Assembly (NCBI GenBank): GCA_964247055.1 | Contig: OZ176050.1 | Location: 9,238,001 to 9,302,000 of the forward strand | DNA length: 64,000 nt | Source: Paragordius varius | Lineage: Eukaryota; Animalia; Nematomorpha | Direction of reading: 5' to 3' | In this document: positions 11,746 through 25,488 of the stretch, piece by piece | Numbering within the stretch: the first letter of the stretch is position 1 | Layout: the number at the start of each line of letters is the position of its first letter | Translations under genes and position numbers: made by a program | Notes under the pieces: model-generated | What the model saw: only the letters and a program-made list of their open reading frames with translations | The model's database searches: none | Told to the model about the DNA's origin: nothing

Positions 11746-14700
11746 CAGTATGCTAATGTATGTTAAGTAATTTTATTGCCTGCCAAATAACATAAATGGT
11801 TTATCAAATGCGTAAAATACTGACCCACAAAATTATTTCGTAGTACACATATGAAAGAGGATTGACGTGAGAATTAACATAGGCTTTAATTTGATGGATA
11901 TTTTGTAATGTTAAATTTTGAGAATATTATAGCAATTTATGTTAACATTTGTAATATTGTTGTTACGTATTTAGATGCGGAATTTTATGGGTTTTTATCT
12001 TTGATAAATTAATAAATAGTAAAATACGTATTTTTAGATTTTTTATGTTTCCTAAATTTAATAATATATATTTTTCAACATGCTAAATACCTGTATTAAT
12101 TAATATTGGTATTATAATTTTATTTAGTTGTTATTACTAATAAAAAAAACAGGTAAATATATATTTGTGAAAATTTAAGTAGATTTTAGATTTTTGTCTT
12201 TTATGTTTTGCCTTGTTAATTATTAATAATTTTTAAGTATTTCAGACATTTTAATCAGGTAAAATTGCGGTTTTTAACAAATTTAGTAAAAATTTAGTTT
12301 TTTTTAGTTTTTTAGGTTTTGCATTGTTAATTGTAATTAACTACTACATATTTTGGACATTTTAATAATTACAGGTAAAAATTGCGGTTTTTAACAAATT
12401 TAGTAAAAAATTTTTTTTTGTTTTTTTAGGTTTTGCATTGTTAATGGTAATTAACTACTACATATTTGACATTTTAATATACAGGTAAAAATTGTGGTTT
12501 TTAACAAATTCAGTAAAAAATTAGTTTTTTTTGTTTTTTTAGGTTTTGCAATTGCGGTTTTTAATAAATTTAGTAAAAACTTAGTTTTTTTTGTTTTTTT
12601 AGGTTTTTCATTGTTAATTGTAATTAATTAATTTTGAACATTTTAATTAATAGATGTAAAAAATGAGGTTGTTTTTATATTTGGTAAAAATTTAATTTTT
12701 TCTTGTTTTTTTATTTAATATTGTTAATTATAATTAATTACTACATATTTGGAAATTTTAATAAATACAGGTGAAAATGGCGGTTTTTAATAAATTTCAA
12801 ATATAACATTTTTTGTATTTTGTATCATTGTTATTTAATTAATTACTAAATATTTTGGACATTTAAAAAAATGGTGTAAATTGCGGTTTTTATCAACCTT
12901 GCTAATTTATTTATCACTATATATTTGTGATACATTGATATATACAGGTAAAAATTACTATGACTTGCGGTTTTTTGAATTTTTTAAAATATTTTTTTAC
13001 ATTGATAACTTATATAATAAATATAGTTAACATATCTGAGTAGGTAATGCATGTTACGGTTTTATGTTTGACATTTTATTTTCCAAATCAACTATTTATA
13101 TTTTAACAAACAACTTATGTCACCAAAGATTGAAAATAAGATCAAAATATATAAAACATCTTTTAAAGTATCTGAATATCGCCAAATATAAATAAATTTA
13201 TTTAAATTATAAATGTATAATTATACAAAATATTCATATTATGTTTGAAATTAACATTCTTCTTATTGATATTAATACAGGTAATTTGTTTATATAAATG
13301 ATGTACGATGCGGTGTGCGTTCATGATGATCATATGGATTGAAGAATAGTATAAGATGCAATAATTAAATGCAGATAATCCTGAAAATTTTAATCACCAT
13401 CATTTTTTAGGTAGATTCTATCACCTAAAATATAAGATAATTGATATATTAGAAAATTGATACCTGGATTAAATATTGGGGGAAACATTCATAGTTTGAA
13501 AGGGAACTCAAAAGGTTGACTTGGCTTTTTAACAACTAAATTTGCAAAAAAATATTTTCTTCATGATAAAATATTCAAAAATGATACTTTATGTTTTTTC
13601 GTTCTACCATCCTAAACTATAAATATGAAAAGGCTTATATGATTTCACCATACCAATGACGTCAAATAGAAAATAGAAACAAATAATTTTTTTCAAAAGC
13701 TTGGAATGCAACAGCACTCCAAAAGCAGGCAACACTAACATTGTTTGCTTTGGTGAAGAATAATTTTTTATATTTATAGTTTAGGATGGTAAAACAAAAA
13801 CGTAAAATAAGGTATCATTTTTGAATTTTTTATCATGAAGAAAATATTTTTTTTGCAAATTTAGTTGTTAAAAAGCCAAGTCAACCTTTTGAGTTCCCTT
13901 TCAAACTATGAATGTTTCCCCCAATATTTAAATATTTTGAAAATACTTCTAGAATCCAGGTATCAATTTTCTAAAATATCAATTATCTTATATTTTAGGT
14001 GATAAAATCTACCTAAAAAATGATGGTGTTAAAATTTTCAGGATTATCTGCATTTAATTATTGCATCTTATACTATTCTTCAATCTATTTGATCATCATG
14101 AACGCACACCGCATCGTACATCATTTATATAAACAAATTACCTGTATTAATACCAATAAGAAGAATGTTAATTTCAAACATAATATGAATATTTTGTATA
14201 ATTATACATTTATAATTTAAATAAATTTATTTATATTTGGCGATATTCAGATACTTTAAAAGATGTATTATATATTTTGATCTTATTTTCAATCTTTGGT
14301 GACATAAGTTGTTTGTTAAAATATAAATAGTTGATTTGGAAAATAAAATGTCAAACATAAAACCGTAACATGCATTTTTACCTACTCAGATATGTTAACT
14401 ATATTTATTATATAAGTTATCAATGTAAAAAAATATTTTAAAAAATTCAAAAAACCGCAAGTCATAGTAATTTTTACCTGTATATATCAATGTATCACAA
14501 ATATATAGTGATAAATAAATTAGCAAGGTTGATAAAAACCGCAATTTACACCATTTTTTTAAATGTCCAAAATATTTAGTAATTAATTAAATAACAATGA
14601 TACAAAATACAAAAAATGTTATATTTGAAATTTATTAAAAACCGCCATTTTCATCTGTATTTATTAAAATTTCCAAATTAGTAATTAATTACAATTAATA

Positions 14701-15924
14701 TTAAATAAAAAACAAGAAAAAATTAAATTTTTACTAAATATAAAAACAACCTCATTTTTTACCTCTATTAATTAAAATATCCAAAATATGTAGTAATTAA
14801 TTACAATTAACAATGAAAAACCTAAAAAACAAAAAAATAAATCTTTACTAAATTTGTTAAAAACCGCAAATTTTACCTGTATTTATCATAATGTCCAAAA
14901 TATATAGTAATTAATTACAATTAACAATGAAAAACCTAAAAAAACAAAAAAAAACTAAATTTTTAATTTGTTAAAAACCACAATTTTTACCTGTAATTAT
15001 TAAAATGTCCAAAATATGTAGTAGTTAATTACAATTAACAATGAAAACCTAAAAAACAAAAAAAAACTAAATTAATTTGTTAAAAACCGCAATTTTTACC
15101 TGTAATTATTAAAATGTCCAAAATATGTAGTAGTTAATTACAATTAACAATGCAAAACCTAAAAAACAAAAAAATAACTAAATTTTTACTAAATTTGTTA
15201 AAAACCGCAATTTTTACTTGTATTTATTATAATGTCCAAAATATTTTAAAAAACAAAAAAAAACTAAATTTTTACTAAATTTGTTAAAAACCGCAATTTT
15301 TACCTGTAATTATTTCTAAAATATGTAGTAGTTAATTACAAAAACAATATTACATAAAAAAACAAAAAAAAATTAAATTTGACTAAATTTAAAAACCGCA
15401 ATTTTACCTGATTAAAATGTCTGAAATACTTAAAAATTATTAATAATTAACAATGCAAAACATAAAAGACAAAAATCTAAAATCTATTTAATTTTTCACA
15501 AATATATATTTACCTGTGTTTTTTTAATTAGTAATAACAACTAAATAAAATTATAATACCAATATTAATTAATACAGGTATTTAGCATGTTGAAAAATAT
15601 ATAATATTAAATTTAGGAAACATAAAAAATCTTAAAATACGTATTTTACTATTTATTAATTTATCAAAGAAAATCCCACAAAATTCCGCATCTAAATGCG
15701 TATCAACAATATTTCAAATGTTAACATAAATTGCTATAATATTCTCAAAATTTAACATTACAAAATATCCATCAAATTAAAGCCTATGTTAATTCTCACG
15801 TCAATCCTCTTTCATATGTGTACTACGAAATAATTTTGTGGGTCAGTATTTTACGCATTTGATAAACCATTTATGTTTTTTGGCAGGCAATAAAATTACT
15901 TAACATACATTAAAATGCATACTG
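11746..15924. mobile_element. 4.18-kb palindromic foldback element with ~2-kb inverted arms and Tc1/mariner-like ends
   Basis: Ends are TA|CAGTATGC...GCATACTG|TA. The left arm (e.g. 11761-11900) is the reverse complement of the right arm (15781-15910). Each arm holds a ~110-125 bp tandem repeat (AATTGCGGTTTTTAACAAATTTAGTAAAAA...TACAGGTA). No coding capacity is evident. Confidence 0.85.
13473..13927. mobile_element. 455-bp MITE at the centre of the foldback element
   Basis: TIRs of ~160 bp (ATATTGGGGGAAACATTCATAGTTTGAAAGGGAACTC...) flanked by TTAA on both sides. It breaks the symmetry of the outer palindrome (extra ~20 nt at 13932-13952). Confidence 0.65.
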
Positions 15925-16189
15925 TATCTTATAAATAAATCTATTTTTACGTAATAAGAATAATAAATTTCAAATGGAAATATTTAAAAAATTCCAATTC
16001 TGCAGTTGGCTCACTCGAACATTAGATGAAATAGGATAAAATTAATATTTTATCAATGTGAAATCTTGCGTGCTACGATGATAGTATAACACTGTGTGCA
16101 GCGAAAATGGGGATCGAAAAATAAATGTTGATGATTCATTTTCAATCATTCGATGATTAAAAACTCAGGGTAATGAATATCGAAAAATA

Positions 16190-16470
16190 CAGTAAAAAAT
16201 TTATATTATACGGACAAAACGTTAAAATATAAAGACAAAAAAGACAACCATACTTTTTCGAACCTTAATGTTTCCCATATAAGCTATTTAGTTACGATTG
16301 TAAAATATAGAATTGATTGTGTTAGTATTATATATCTCTATTTCACACTTTGCCATTCAAAAAAATGAGTTATATTGATATAAATTTAGGTCTAAAAAGT
16401 ATGGTTGTCTCTTAGAAAAAAATATTTGTCCTTATATTACATTTTGTCCGTATAATTTAAGTTTTTACTG
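16190..16470. mobile_element. 281-bp Tc1/mariner(pogo)-type MITE
   Basis: TA|CAGTAAAAA...TTTTTACTG|TA ends with long internal inverted arms (TATACGGACAAAA / TTTTGTCCGTATA; GACAACCATACTTTT / AAAAGTATGGTTGTC). Confidence 0.75.
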
Positions 16471-17363
16471 TAAATGCAATTAAAATATAAGAAAAAAAGC
16501 GATTTTAATTTTTCTGCTATAACCAAAAAAATCGCATTTCGCACACTAGGTCAAAATTTATATAATGGAGGAGAAGCGTTAACTAACATTCATTTGTTAA
16601 TATGCAGCATAATAAACACAAAAGATTATCGATTAAGATAATACATTGTTTCAAAAGCTTGGGGAAAATTTTAAAAATTTACAAACGTTAAATTTGAATA
16701 AAAATAATTGCTATGTGCCATAAAGGAATTTGTTTTTATATTAACTATCATATATTACAGTTTAAAGAATATTTCATGTATAAAAATAATTTGTCGTATA
16801 TGAATTTGCTATTTATTATTTGCACCATGCGGAACTAGCGTATTTTTCACAAATATCCAATATATAGTATAAATTTTTCCTGTACAATTCGATGCTAAAA
16901 AACTTTTATCGACTCAGCTTTTAGCGATATTTTGTGCCAAAAACCAGAATCAAAAGCCAAAATGGTGCTAAAATATAATCATTATTTTCGGGTTTCATTA
17001 TGTATATGCAAACGATGAATAAAACAAAAGATTCATTTTCAGGGCTTTTTGCCAAGCCAAAAAATGAAACGTGAACTGGGTTAAATCCCAAAATATGAAA
17101 ATGAACCCAGCCTGATTCGGAACCGATCCAACTTACATTTTACATCTTAGAACATTTTGTTTATATATTACCAAAATATCATGAAATTGGACAAGAAAAT
17201 AAAATTTATTTGTAATAATTATCAAATTAAAAATATCTTTATTGATTTTTATATGTTATAAGCAGTTCTACGGTCGAATTACTCAAAATAAAATTAAGTC
17301 CAAAGGCTTTATTTGACAGACACCTAATCTATATATTATATAAAAACAGGAATAGGGTATGGC

Positions 17364-18816
17364 TAATGTGACCAGATAGGCTGTTTCGCAGTACAGTACT
17401 GGGTTTTCAAAAAAAACTGCGCCTGTATTGCGCCCACTTTAGTACTGCTTTTTGAAGTTAAAAAAATTTAGTTTTTTATAAATATATATTAATTACCTTT
17501 TATTTATTTAAAAAATTATTTTAGAATTTGATATAGTACCCTCTGAAAAAATAACCCCATAATTTGTAAAGAAATGGTTCATTTTGCGGTAAAAAACTAA
17601 GATTGGCCTATTTTTAATTGGTTTATATTTTATTTTCTGCTTAAAGTATACATATAGGAGCCTTTAGAGCAGTGAAAAAACTATAAATCTCGGACTCCAC
17701 ACCATAAGATTAGGCTAATAGCTCTTTCACTCAGGGCTTCCGCAAAATGAGGTGCCTCAAAATTTAACATTAATTTATGATATTTTAATAAATGTTTCAT
17801 CAAGTTGAGAAAATTCATTTTTTGTTATAATTATTATCAAACGGAAAATTATACAAAATTTGTTATTCCCGTAACATAGATATAAAATTTATTATATATG
17901 GCATATGATTTCGAAATAACCTTTTTTTCATATTAAAAAACTAAGAGTTTTTACGTTTTCTATACTCATTAGGTGGGAGGTATGATATTAATTTTTTTCA
18001 TAAACTTTAATTTTCATTAGTTTCCTTATTTTTTGCATAAACAAAATTGAGATATTTTGTTGAAATGTACTTCAACTTATTTTGAAGCATGATGGAAACG
18101 TAACGCTTTGGTTGCAAATTTCGGTGAATTTTTGTAAAAAAACACAATTTATTTAAATATATTTGAAAACGAACGAACATTTTAATCAAAATTTTGATTG
18201 AGATTTAGCATTATCGAATTATATATATAAAATGTTATAACATCTCAACCGTTATATCGTTTCCATCATGCTCAAAATAATGTGAAATACGCTTCAAAAA
18301 ATTTTTGCTAAAAATTTTTTTGAAAGTGTCTATTTTTTAAAAAATATTTAGTTGATATCAAAATTTAATATGTATTTAAAACATTATTGCACAATGTCGG
18401 AATTTTTGCGTTTATTTTAAGAGAACAGTCCATTTTAAAAGAGCCAAAAAATTTGGGACTTTCAGCAACCACATCTATAAAAATTAATAATTTTAAAATA
18501 TTTTATGCTTTTTTGTTTTTATGTTGTATTTTAGTGATATTTTTTGAAACAAAGCATTTAGCTTTCACTAAAAATATATTTGAAAAAATTGCCACCTTTT
18601 GCAATTTTACACGGAGCACCTACCACAAAAGTGTAAATAACTTTCTTTAATACCCGTAAAGGTTTAAACCAAAAGCACCATGATAACCCTGATATTTTCC
18701 TATCAAAATATATATATTTCATTAGGATATTTTTTTGTAGAAACTGTGTAATATACCACACCGATGGTGTAAAAACAGGCTACTGCAGTCCAAGTTCAAA
18801 ATATCTGGTCTCATTA
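17364..18816 (+). mobile_element. Non-autonomous hAT-type element (family R, ~1.45 kb)
   Basis: TIR TAATGTGACCAGATA / TATCTGGTCTCATTA with a perfect 8-bp TSD GGTATGGC. Homologous to 35014-38326 and 35495-36896. Confidence 0.9.
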
Positions 18817-18849
18817 GGTATGGCTATCAAAATGTTGGCCAATTTACAG

Positions 18850-19090
18850 TTAAATTGTATATTTTCACAAGTTTTCGATATATTGTCTGTTGGGGGAATA
18901 AAGATATGTTGTCAATGGATGAATGGTCTCTTAAAAAAAGGATAAATTTTTATTTGCTGCAATATCTTCAGTAATAACATCTCCTTTATTAATGCGTTCT
19001 GAGAGCAAAAATGGTCGCGTGCCATATTCTTTTCCCTCAAAATTTAGTTTATTTTTATATTGCGCGTCTATATAGGCAGCGGCAAACCAA
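18850..19090 (-). pseudogene. Decayed hAT transposase fragment
   Basis: Minus frame FAAAYIDAQYKNKL resembles the hAT A..LDPRYK motif. Homologous, in the same orientation, to 38590-38815. Confidence 0.45.
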
Positions 19091-19329
19091 TTATTCATTT
19101 TTATATAAACGGGTCAAACATATAAAAGCTTTAAAATAAAATCAAAAATAACCATTTTTGATTTTATAAGCCGTTTCCAAACCTTAAAATCCGATAATAA
19201 CCCAATTGTAATTATATTTTAATTAAAAACCTGAGAAATAATATATTTTATATTTTAAAATAAATTTATTTTATAAAAGAAACACACGGAAACAACCAGT
19301 TCTAGTAAATTAACTATATGCTAAATTTT

Positions 19330-20060
19330 TTAATAGAAATAATTCTAAAAAAAGCTTATTATTTCATTTTTTTAGCTTACTTCATACTATTTCGATCCAT
19401 GATGGAAACGGTTTAAAAACGCATTAAGATATCATAAAATCACTTTTTCTATATAATTTGATAATGCGAACATTTCTATTGCTTCAGAATTTTAATGTTC
19501 GTTTGCCTAAATATATTGGTGTACTTTAGTAACAAAATACAATTTCATTTAACATAAATTCGAAGACGAACGAATATTTTCGAAATTCTGAGGTGATTGA
19601 AATGTTTAGCATCATCGAATTATATATAGGTATTTTTATAATATCTTAAAGCGTTTTTACACCGTTTCCATGCTCGAAATAGTTTATAGTACGCTTGGAC
19701 AAAATTTTATTTAAAATTAAACTTTTAAATAAAGCATGCATTTTTTCAAAAATATTTTTGGTTGATATCAAAATTTACATACATTTAAAAGTTTTATTGC
19801 GCATTCCGGCATATGCGTTTATAGAGGTCTAGCCCATTCAAACGGGCAAAAATATTTGGGATTTTTGGCGCCTACATCTAAAAATTAATTTGAACAATTT
19901 GTTTTGCTTTTAGTATGCAGTTTATGATATATTTAAGAGATATTTTTTAGAATGACGCCTTTAGCTTTTACCAATAAAAATTAAAAAATGTGCGCAAATT
20001 TTGCCATTTTTCGATATGAAGCAGTTACCACAAAATGAAAATAACTTTCTTAAATCACTC
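19330..20060 (+). repeat. Old, degenerate relative of the family R internal sequence
   Basis: Colinear similarity to ~18050-18660 (GTTGATATCAAAATTT, CATTTAGCTTT.AC.AA, .CACCTACCACAAAAGTGTAAATA). Confidence 0.55.
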
Positions 20061-20164
20061 GCAAGAAAATCTTAATAAAATTTAGATTTGAAAAAAAAGT
20101 TACATATCAAACTGCGTCGACGCCATTTTTATTTTAAACATATGTGCAAAATATCGTATTTTAA

Positions 20165-20730
20165 CACTTCGATTCAAATTGGGGTATCTAAATACCCCAG
20201 ACTAAATTTAAATCAATATTTTTAAAGAACTACTGAAGGAAACGGTCCCAATTTAAATTTATGCTTCTATCCTGATTAATATTATATAAATATGACAAAA
20301 TATCTTGATATTTTGTTTTGAAAAAAAGCTCCATCTCAAACTTCGACGCCATTTTTATTTCATAAAATTTTTGCAAAATATCGTCTTTATTTAATTTTAA
20401 GGGTCTAAAGCTAATTTTTTATATAAATTACATATAACATTGGTAGAAATAGAAAAAGCGGTTTAGTTTGTATAATTTTTCAATTTTACAATTTGACACA
20501 TGTCATGTTAACGAAATTTTTACCTTTCGGTTTTAGCTTTAAATAAATAATATCAAGTTTATGAATAAAATTTTTTAAACATTTCGGTTTATTAATGTTA
20601 GATAAGTGCAAAATTTTGCCAAGGTTTCGATTCCTTCCATATTTTTTAAAGAATTTAATTTTTTACAGGCCTGGGGTGTCCAACGACCCCAATTCGAATT
20701 GAAGGACTCAAATGAGGATCTCGACCAGGT
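20165..20730 (-). mobile_element. piggyBac-like MITE (family P), one end degenerate
   Basis: Starts TTAA|CACTTCGATTCAAATTGGGGTATCTAAATACCCC and is colinear with 50658-51236. Confidence 0.7.
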
Positions 20731-20879
20731 CAGTGACTATTTATTTTTTGACCATATTCATTTAAGAAAACAGCTACTTTTTTAAAAAAATGCTAGTAAA
20801 TTTTTTTTGAAAGAGAGAGAGCAAGATTTTATTGTATTTTGATAAATTCGAAAATCGATGTTGAAATGTGCTTATTTAA

Positions 20880-21080
20880 CACTTGGATACAACACATTCA
20901 TATTAGTCCTTCGATTCAAATTGGGCTAGTTAAATGCCCCAGGCCTGTTTAAAATTAAATTCTTCAAAAAATATGGAAGGAATCGAAACTATGAAAAGAT
21001 TGTTGCACTTATATAACATTAATAAACAGAAATATATAAAAATATTTCTTCAAAAATACTTAATATTAATTATTTTAAGC
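20880..21080 (+). mobile_element. Family P MITE, 5' fragment interrupted by a hAT end
   Basis: TTAA|CACTTGGATACAACAC...CTTCGATTCAAATTGGG; similarity stops at 21080, where CAGTTGAACTCAAACCGCGGCCC begins. Confidence 0.7.
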
Positions 21081-21208
21081 CAGTTGAACTCAAACCGCGG
21101 CCCTAAGAGTGCTATAAAATTGCCCTATGGCCATATTGATACTCAAATTATTTTTTTTATCGATGAATTTTTAAAATACACATAAACGAATTTTCGCTTA
21201 TTTTAATA

Positions 21209-21807
21209 TACCATTTACACTTCAAGAGTATCCTTGAACAATTCAAGTTGGTCCTTGAACAATTCAAGTTGGTCCTTTAACTTTTTTGTTTTGTTTTTAA
21301 CTTTTATCAATCAAATCGAAAATAATTCGTCTATTTTATTGTTTTTAACCTTTTTTCTATTATTTAACATAAATTTTAAATCGATATCAACTTTTAATCT
21401 TTGAAAACCGTATATCTTTATTAATTTCTTAAAATAAATTTAAATATTTATAAGATTTTAACACGAAATGAAAAAATATATATTTCTGGGTTATTAAAAA
21501 ATTTTTCATTAAAAACATTTAAAAGTCAATAATTTTGTTCAATTGAAAAAAATAGTTTTAAGAAAAAAAATTGGTTTTTCAATAAAAAAATTTATTTTTA
21601 AATGAATAAATATATAATAAATAAAGAAAATTAGGTTAATAAATAATTAAATAAAAAAATAAATGCAAAAATTATGGTTAAATCAAAATTTATAAATTTT
21701 AAGGACCAACTTGAACTGTTCAAGGACCAACTTGAATTGTTCAAGGACCAACTTGAATTGTTCAAGGACCAACTTGAATCAAGGACACTCTTGAGGTGTA
21801 AATGGTA
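21209..21807. mobile_element. Foldback-like MITE (family Q) with 21-bp subterminal repeats
   Basis: TA|TACCATTT.CACTTCAAGAGT...ACTCTTGA.GTG.AAATGGTA|TA ends, with tandem CAAGGACCAACTTGAA(C/T)TGTT units facing outward at both ends. Confidence 0.85.
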
Positions 21808-22946
21808 TATTAATTACTTTTCTATAGATTAATTTTGGTAATTTATATTTCACTAAAAATGTGGAAAAATTTCCCCACATGAAAATGCTTTCAAAATTTT
21901 GGGAAACGTTGTTTCTATTTCTAAATTCCATTTACTTTTCTATTTTAAAATTTTTATTGCATTTCTTTTCTGTATTTAAGCAAGCCTTTTCAAACTTGCA
22001 TATTCATTTTCATTTCATTGCTATCTTGCATCGTTTTTTATAAATCATTCCCATAAAATATTTTCAAATCAACGTCATTAAATTTCCAACTGTTATTTTA
22101 TAGCACAATTCAATTATATTCGTATTTTAATAAAAAAATTAACATAAAATTTAAACATAATTCTAAGGATGACATCTTATGCTAAAAACTAAATTATCCG
22201 AAAAAATCGCTATTTTAAAAAAGAATGGGAAGAAAAATACTTTGTAAGTTGTTACCTGCCTTATATATAAGGACAACATAATTATAAAAATACAATATTG
22301 AAAGACATTTTACAGTCCATCATTCTCATTAATTACCAGAAGATAATGAGGAAAGAAACGAAAAATATAAAAAGACTAATATATTATACCAGAAAGAAAA
22401 ATCTATTATGTCAGTAGCTTTCTCCCAGGAAAATGCTGTAACATTAGCTTCGTATGAAATTTTTATATTTAGGAAAAAATATGAAACCGTTTACTGATTA
22501 ACTAATAAAAGAATGTCTAATAGATGGTTGACTTTTTATTTGATTTCCATAATAAAGATCAAATCATGAAGCAAATTGAAAAACTTCAACTTTCTGATCC
22601 AACATGTGCTCGACGCATTGAAGAAATGTCTAAATATAGTTTCAACAATCCGTGGCAGAAAATTTAAAAATATGAAAGATATCCACAGTGAATTTGGTAA
22701 TATTCTTTTGTACACCGCTGTGAGATGGCTAAGCCTTAGAAAATTAAATAACTTTTGTTTTAAGACATGAAATTCTATTATTTATAAAAGATAACAGAAA
22801 GTTTGACGAGGAAATTAATTACAAATGGTGGGTTTTATTAGCCTACCTTTGCGTCATTACTTATAAACTAAGTAATAATACAAGTCTTGAAGGGAGCAAA
22901 ATAATTACCCAATTAATCAAATATTGCTTTTAAAGAAAATTAATAA

Positions 22947-24070
22947 CACTGCTCAACAAGGTTTTGCACCACCCCATTATTTTTGGATTTTCTGATACCT
23001 AATGGAAAGGCCAAAACAAAAAAGAAAATTGAGGCCACCAAAAGGATTTTTCCAAAATTTAATTTTTAAATTTGTATTTAATTTAAAAATAAAAATCATT
23101 CCTCGTGTACATATGTTTAAATATTCAAACGAGCAAGTCGATACAAGTAATATTCCATGCATGAATAACAAAATTCTAGGCATTAAATAAGATACTAAAC
23201 AAGCTAAGAGCCAAAGTATTAAAAATCTAAAAGGGGCTTATGTATAGTGTGATAGATCCGGGCGGATGCAGAAGCTCTGCATATCCCCCAAGCGATCCAA
23301 TTATGCCAGATATGGCAAAGATAACTATAAGTCATCGTAAAGCCCGATAAGAGGGACTTTCAAGCAAAATTCATGCAAATTGACATGTCAAATTAACCAA
23401 TTCACAGAATATTAGATAAATTCTACAATTAAATTGAATAAAAAGATTAGGTAAATACAAATCGTCCAGTCCCATAACAGTAAATTCTACTAAAAGTGGC
23501 TACACAACATCCATCTGAAATTCAAAATACAAAACAACCAATAATTTTAAAAAAAATAAAGTATATCCACTAGGTATAAATAAAGGATTTTTTGTAAGAA
23601 CCAACTCAAAAGAAAAAGCCTAATAAGTACTCGAAAGAACGAAAACTAACAAAAAAAATATAGCCTATCTGAAAGCCGAAGGTTTAAACCATAGAATGCC
23701 TTTTTTAGTATTTTTTTTTAAAAATTTTATACGTGTTAAAAATTCACTTGAAAAAAAAGACTAAATTTTGACGTTTAAGTCCGTACTATTTTTTCTCTCT
23801 GATATTTAAATGACATATTTATATTCAAAAGATAGAGTTTAAAACGCTTTATTAAATGATATTAAGTTTATAATATAATAACATTTTATTATAAAATTAT
23901 ATTTAATTTACTCTCGATTTTCTCTTGTTTTTGAAAAAAAGAAAAACTTATAATATTTCAAAATTCTGATTGGCGGGGTCAAAAATCACCGGTTTTAAAA
24001 CACTGAAATTAGTTATAATTTAAAAGTTTGAGTGTTGGTGCTCAAAAATGTCCAAATTTGTTGACTAGTG
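22947..24070. mobile_element. CACTG...TAGTG element, copy 2, inserted in the hAT transposase
   Basis: Near-identical to 7053-8189, TAA on both flanks; it splits the hAT coding relic. Confidence 0.8.
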
Positions 24071-24614
24071 TAATATATAAACAAGATTTTATAAATAAAA
24101 CACTCCTACATTTTCCAACACTTAAACGATTCATGAGGAAAATATGGAGTTTACCGCTGAGATTAATTAAATAATAGACAATCATTTAACATTTTTATAT
24201 AATTAGATGAAATTCAGATTTCCATAACTAAGAAACATTAAAAATTGCTTCGTTGAAAATCCACGGCATATGGATATACCCAATATTAAACAACATGAGC
24301 ATTTCGGTTTTGATCAGGCGTCTATCATTGAAGAATTCGTAGATTTTAAAAATGATACCAAATCGGAGGCTATTTTTATGGTGAATGATACAGAACAAAG
24401 TGGGAAAAATGTGCCAAATAAATATGAAATTATAAAAAAAGTGCTCAAGTTATTCTAACTGTTTTTCCCCTAGTTTACACGTGTGAGACGGCATTTTCTA
24501 AAAAGAAGTATGTTAAAAATACGACAGAAATCGCATAACCGATGATCGTATGGACGACGTAATAAGATTGGCCTGTCATGAGGCGAAACAATTTGTCAAA
24601 AATTATTAGTAAAC

Positions 24615-25488
24615 ACTTCGATTCAAATTAGGATATCTAAATACCCCAGACTAAATTTAAATTATTTTTAAAAAACTACTGAAGGAAATGCTCCTAATTT
24701 AAATTTATGCTTCTATCTTAACACTTGGATACAAGACACTAATTTTAGTCCTTCGATTCAAATTGGGGTAGTAGGATACCCCAGGCCTGTTTAAAATTAA
24801 ATACTTTAAAAAGTATGGAAGAATCGAAACCATGGCAAAATTTTGCACTTATATAACATTAATAAACTGAAATATATAAGAAATGTTATTCAAAAATACT
24901 TGATATTACTTACTTTGAGCTAAAACTGAAAGGTAAAAATTTAGTCAACGTGACATGTGTCAAATTGTAAAATTAAAAAATAATACAAAATAAACCGCTT
25001 TTTCTATTTCAATCAATGTTAGATGTAATTATAAAAAATAAGCTTTAGTTTTACCCTTAAAATTAAATGACGATATTTTGCAAAATTTTTGTAAAATAAA
25101 AATGGCGTCGAAGTAGTTTGAGATGGAACTTTTTTTTCAAAACAAAATTTTATCAAGATATTTTGGCATATTTATATAGTATTTATCAGGATACAAGCAT
25201 AAATTTAAATTGAAACCGTTTCAGTAGATTTTAAAAAAATTTAATTTAAATTGAGTCTGGGGTATTTTGGATACCCCAATTTGAATCGAAGTGTTAAAAT
25301 AAGTAATATCAAATATTTTCAATAAATTATTTTAGAGATTTCGGTTTATTAATGTTAGATAAGTGCAAAATTTTGCCATAGTTTCGATTCTTCCATATTT
25401 TTTAAAGAATATATTTGTAAACAGGCCTGGGGTATTTAACTACCCCAATTTGAATTGAAGGACTCAAATGAATGTGTTGTACCAAGTG
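24615..25488 (-). mobile_element. Family P MITE containing a second family P copy
   Basis: Outer ends CACTTCGATTCAAATT (24615) and ...GTGTTGTACCAAGTG|TTAA (25488). The inner copy replaces ~300 bp of the outer consensus. Confidence 0.7.
24722..25293 (+). mobile_element. Complete piggyBac-like MITE (family P, 572 bp)
   Basis: TTAA|CACTTGGATAC...GAATCGAAGTG|TTAA; the subterminal inverted repeat CTTCGATTCAAATTGGGGTA is placed asymmetrically. Confidence 0.85.

Larger units (their letters stand above)
21081..24610 (+). pseudogene. Decayed Buster/SPIN-type hAT transposon with two later insertions
   Basis: 5' end CAGTTGAACTCAAACCGCGGCCC. Broken transposase motifs: NRYFKKEWEEKYFV...KYNIERHF (zinc finger, ~22200-22320), QIEKLQLS..TCARRIEEM, LLYTAVRWLS (~22705-22735) and YTCETAFS...RNRITDDRMDDVIRL (~24476-24570). 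Many stops and frameshifts. Confidence 0.8.

Noticed and set aside
12250-15420. CRISPR-like appearance of the ~120-bp, 21-bp and 20-bp repeat arrays
   Set aside because: There are no unique spacers and no cas genes, and the context is eukaryotic; these are tandem repeats within transposon arms.
18850-19090. Homology with 38590-38815 as proof of the tandem duplication
   Set aside because: It looks like a hAT transposase relic and is more diverged than the gene duplicates, so independent TE copies explain it equally well.
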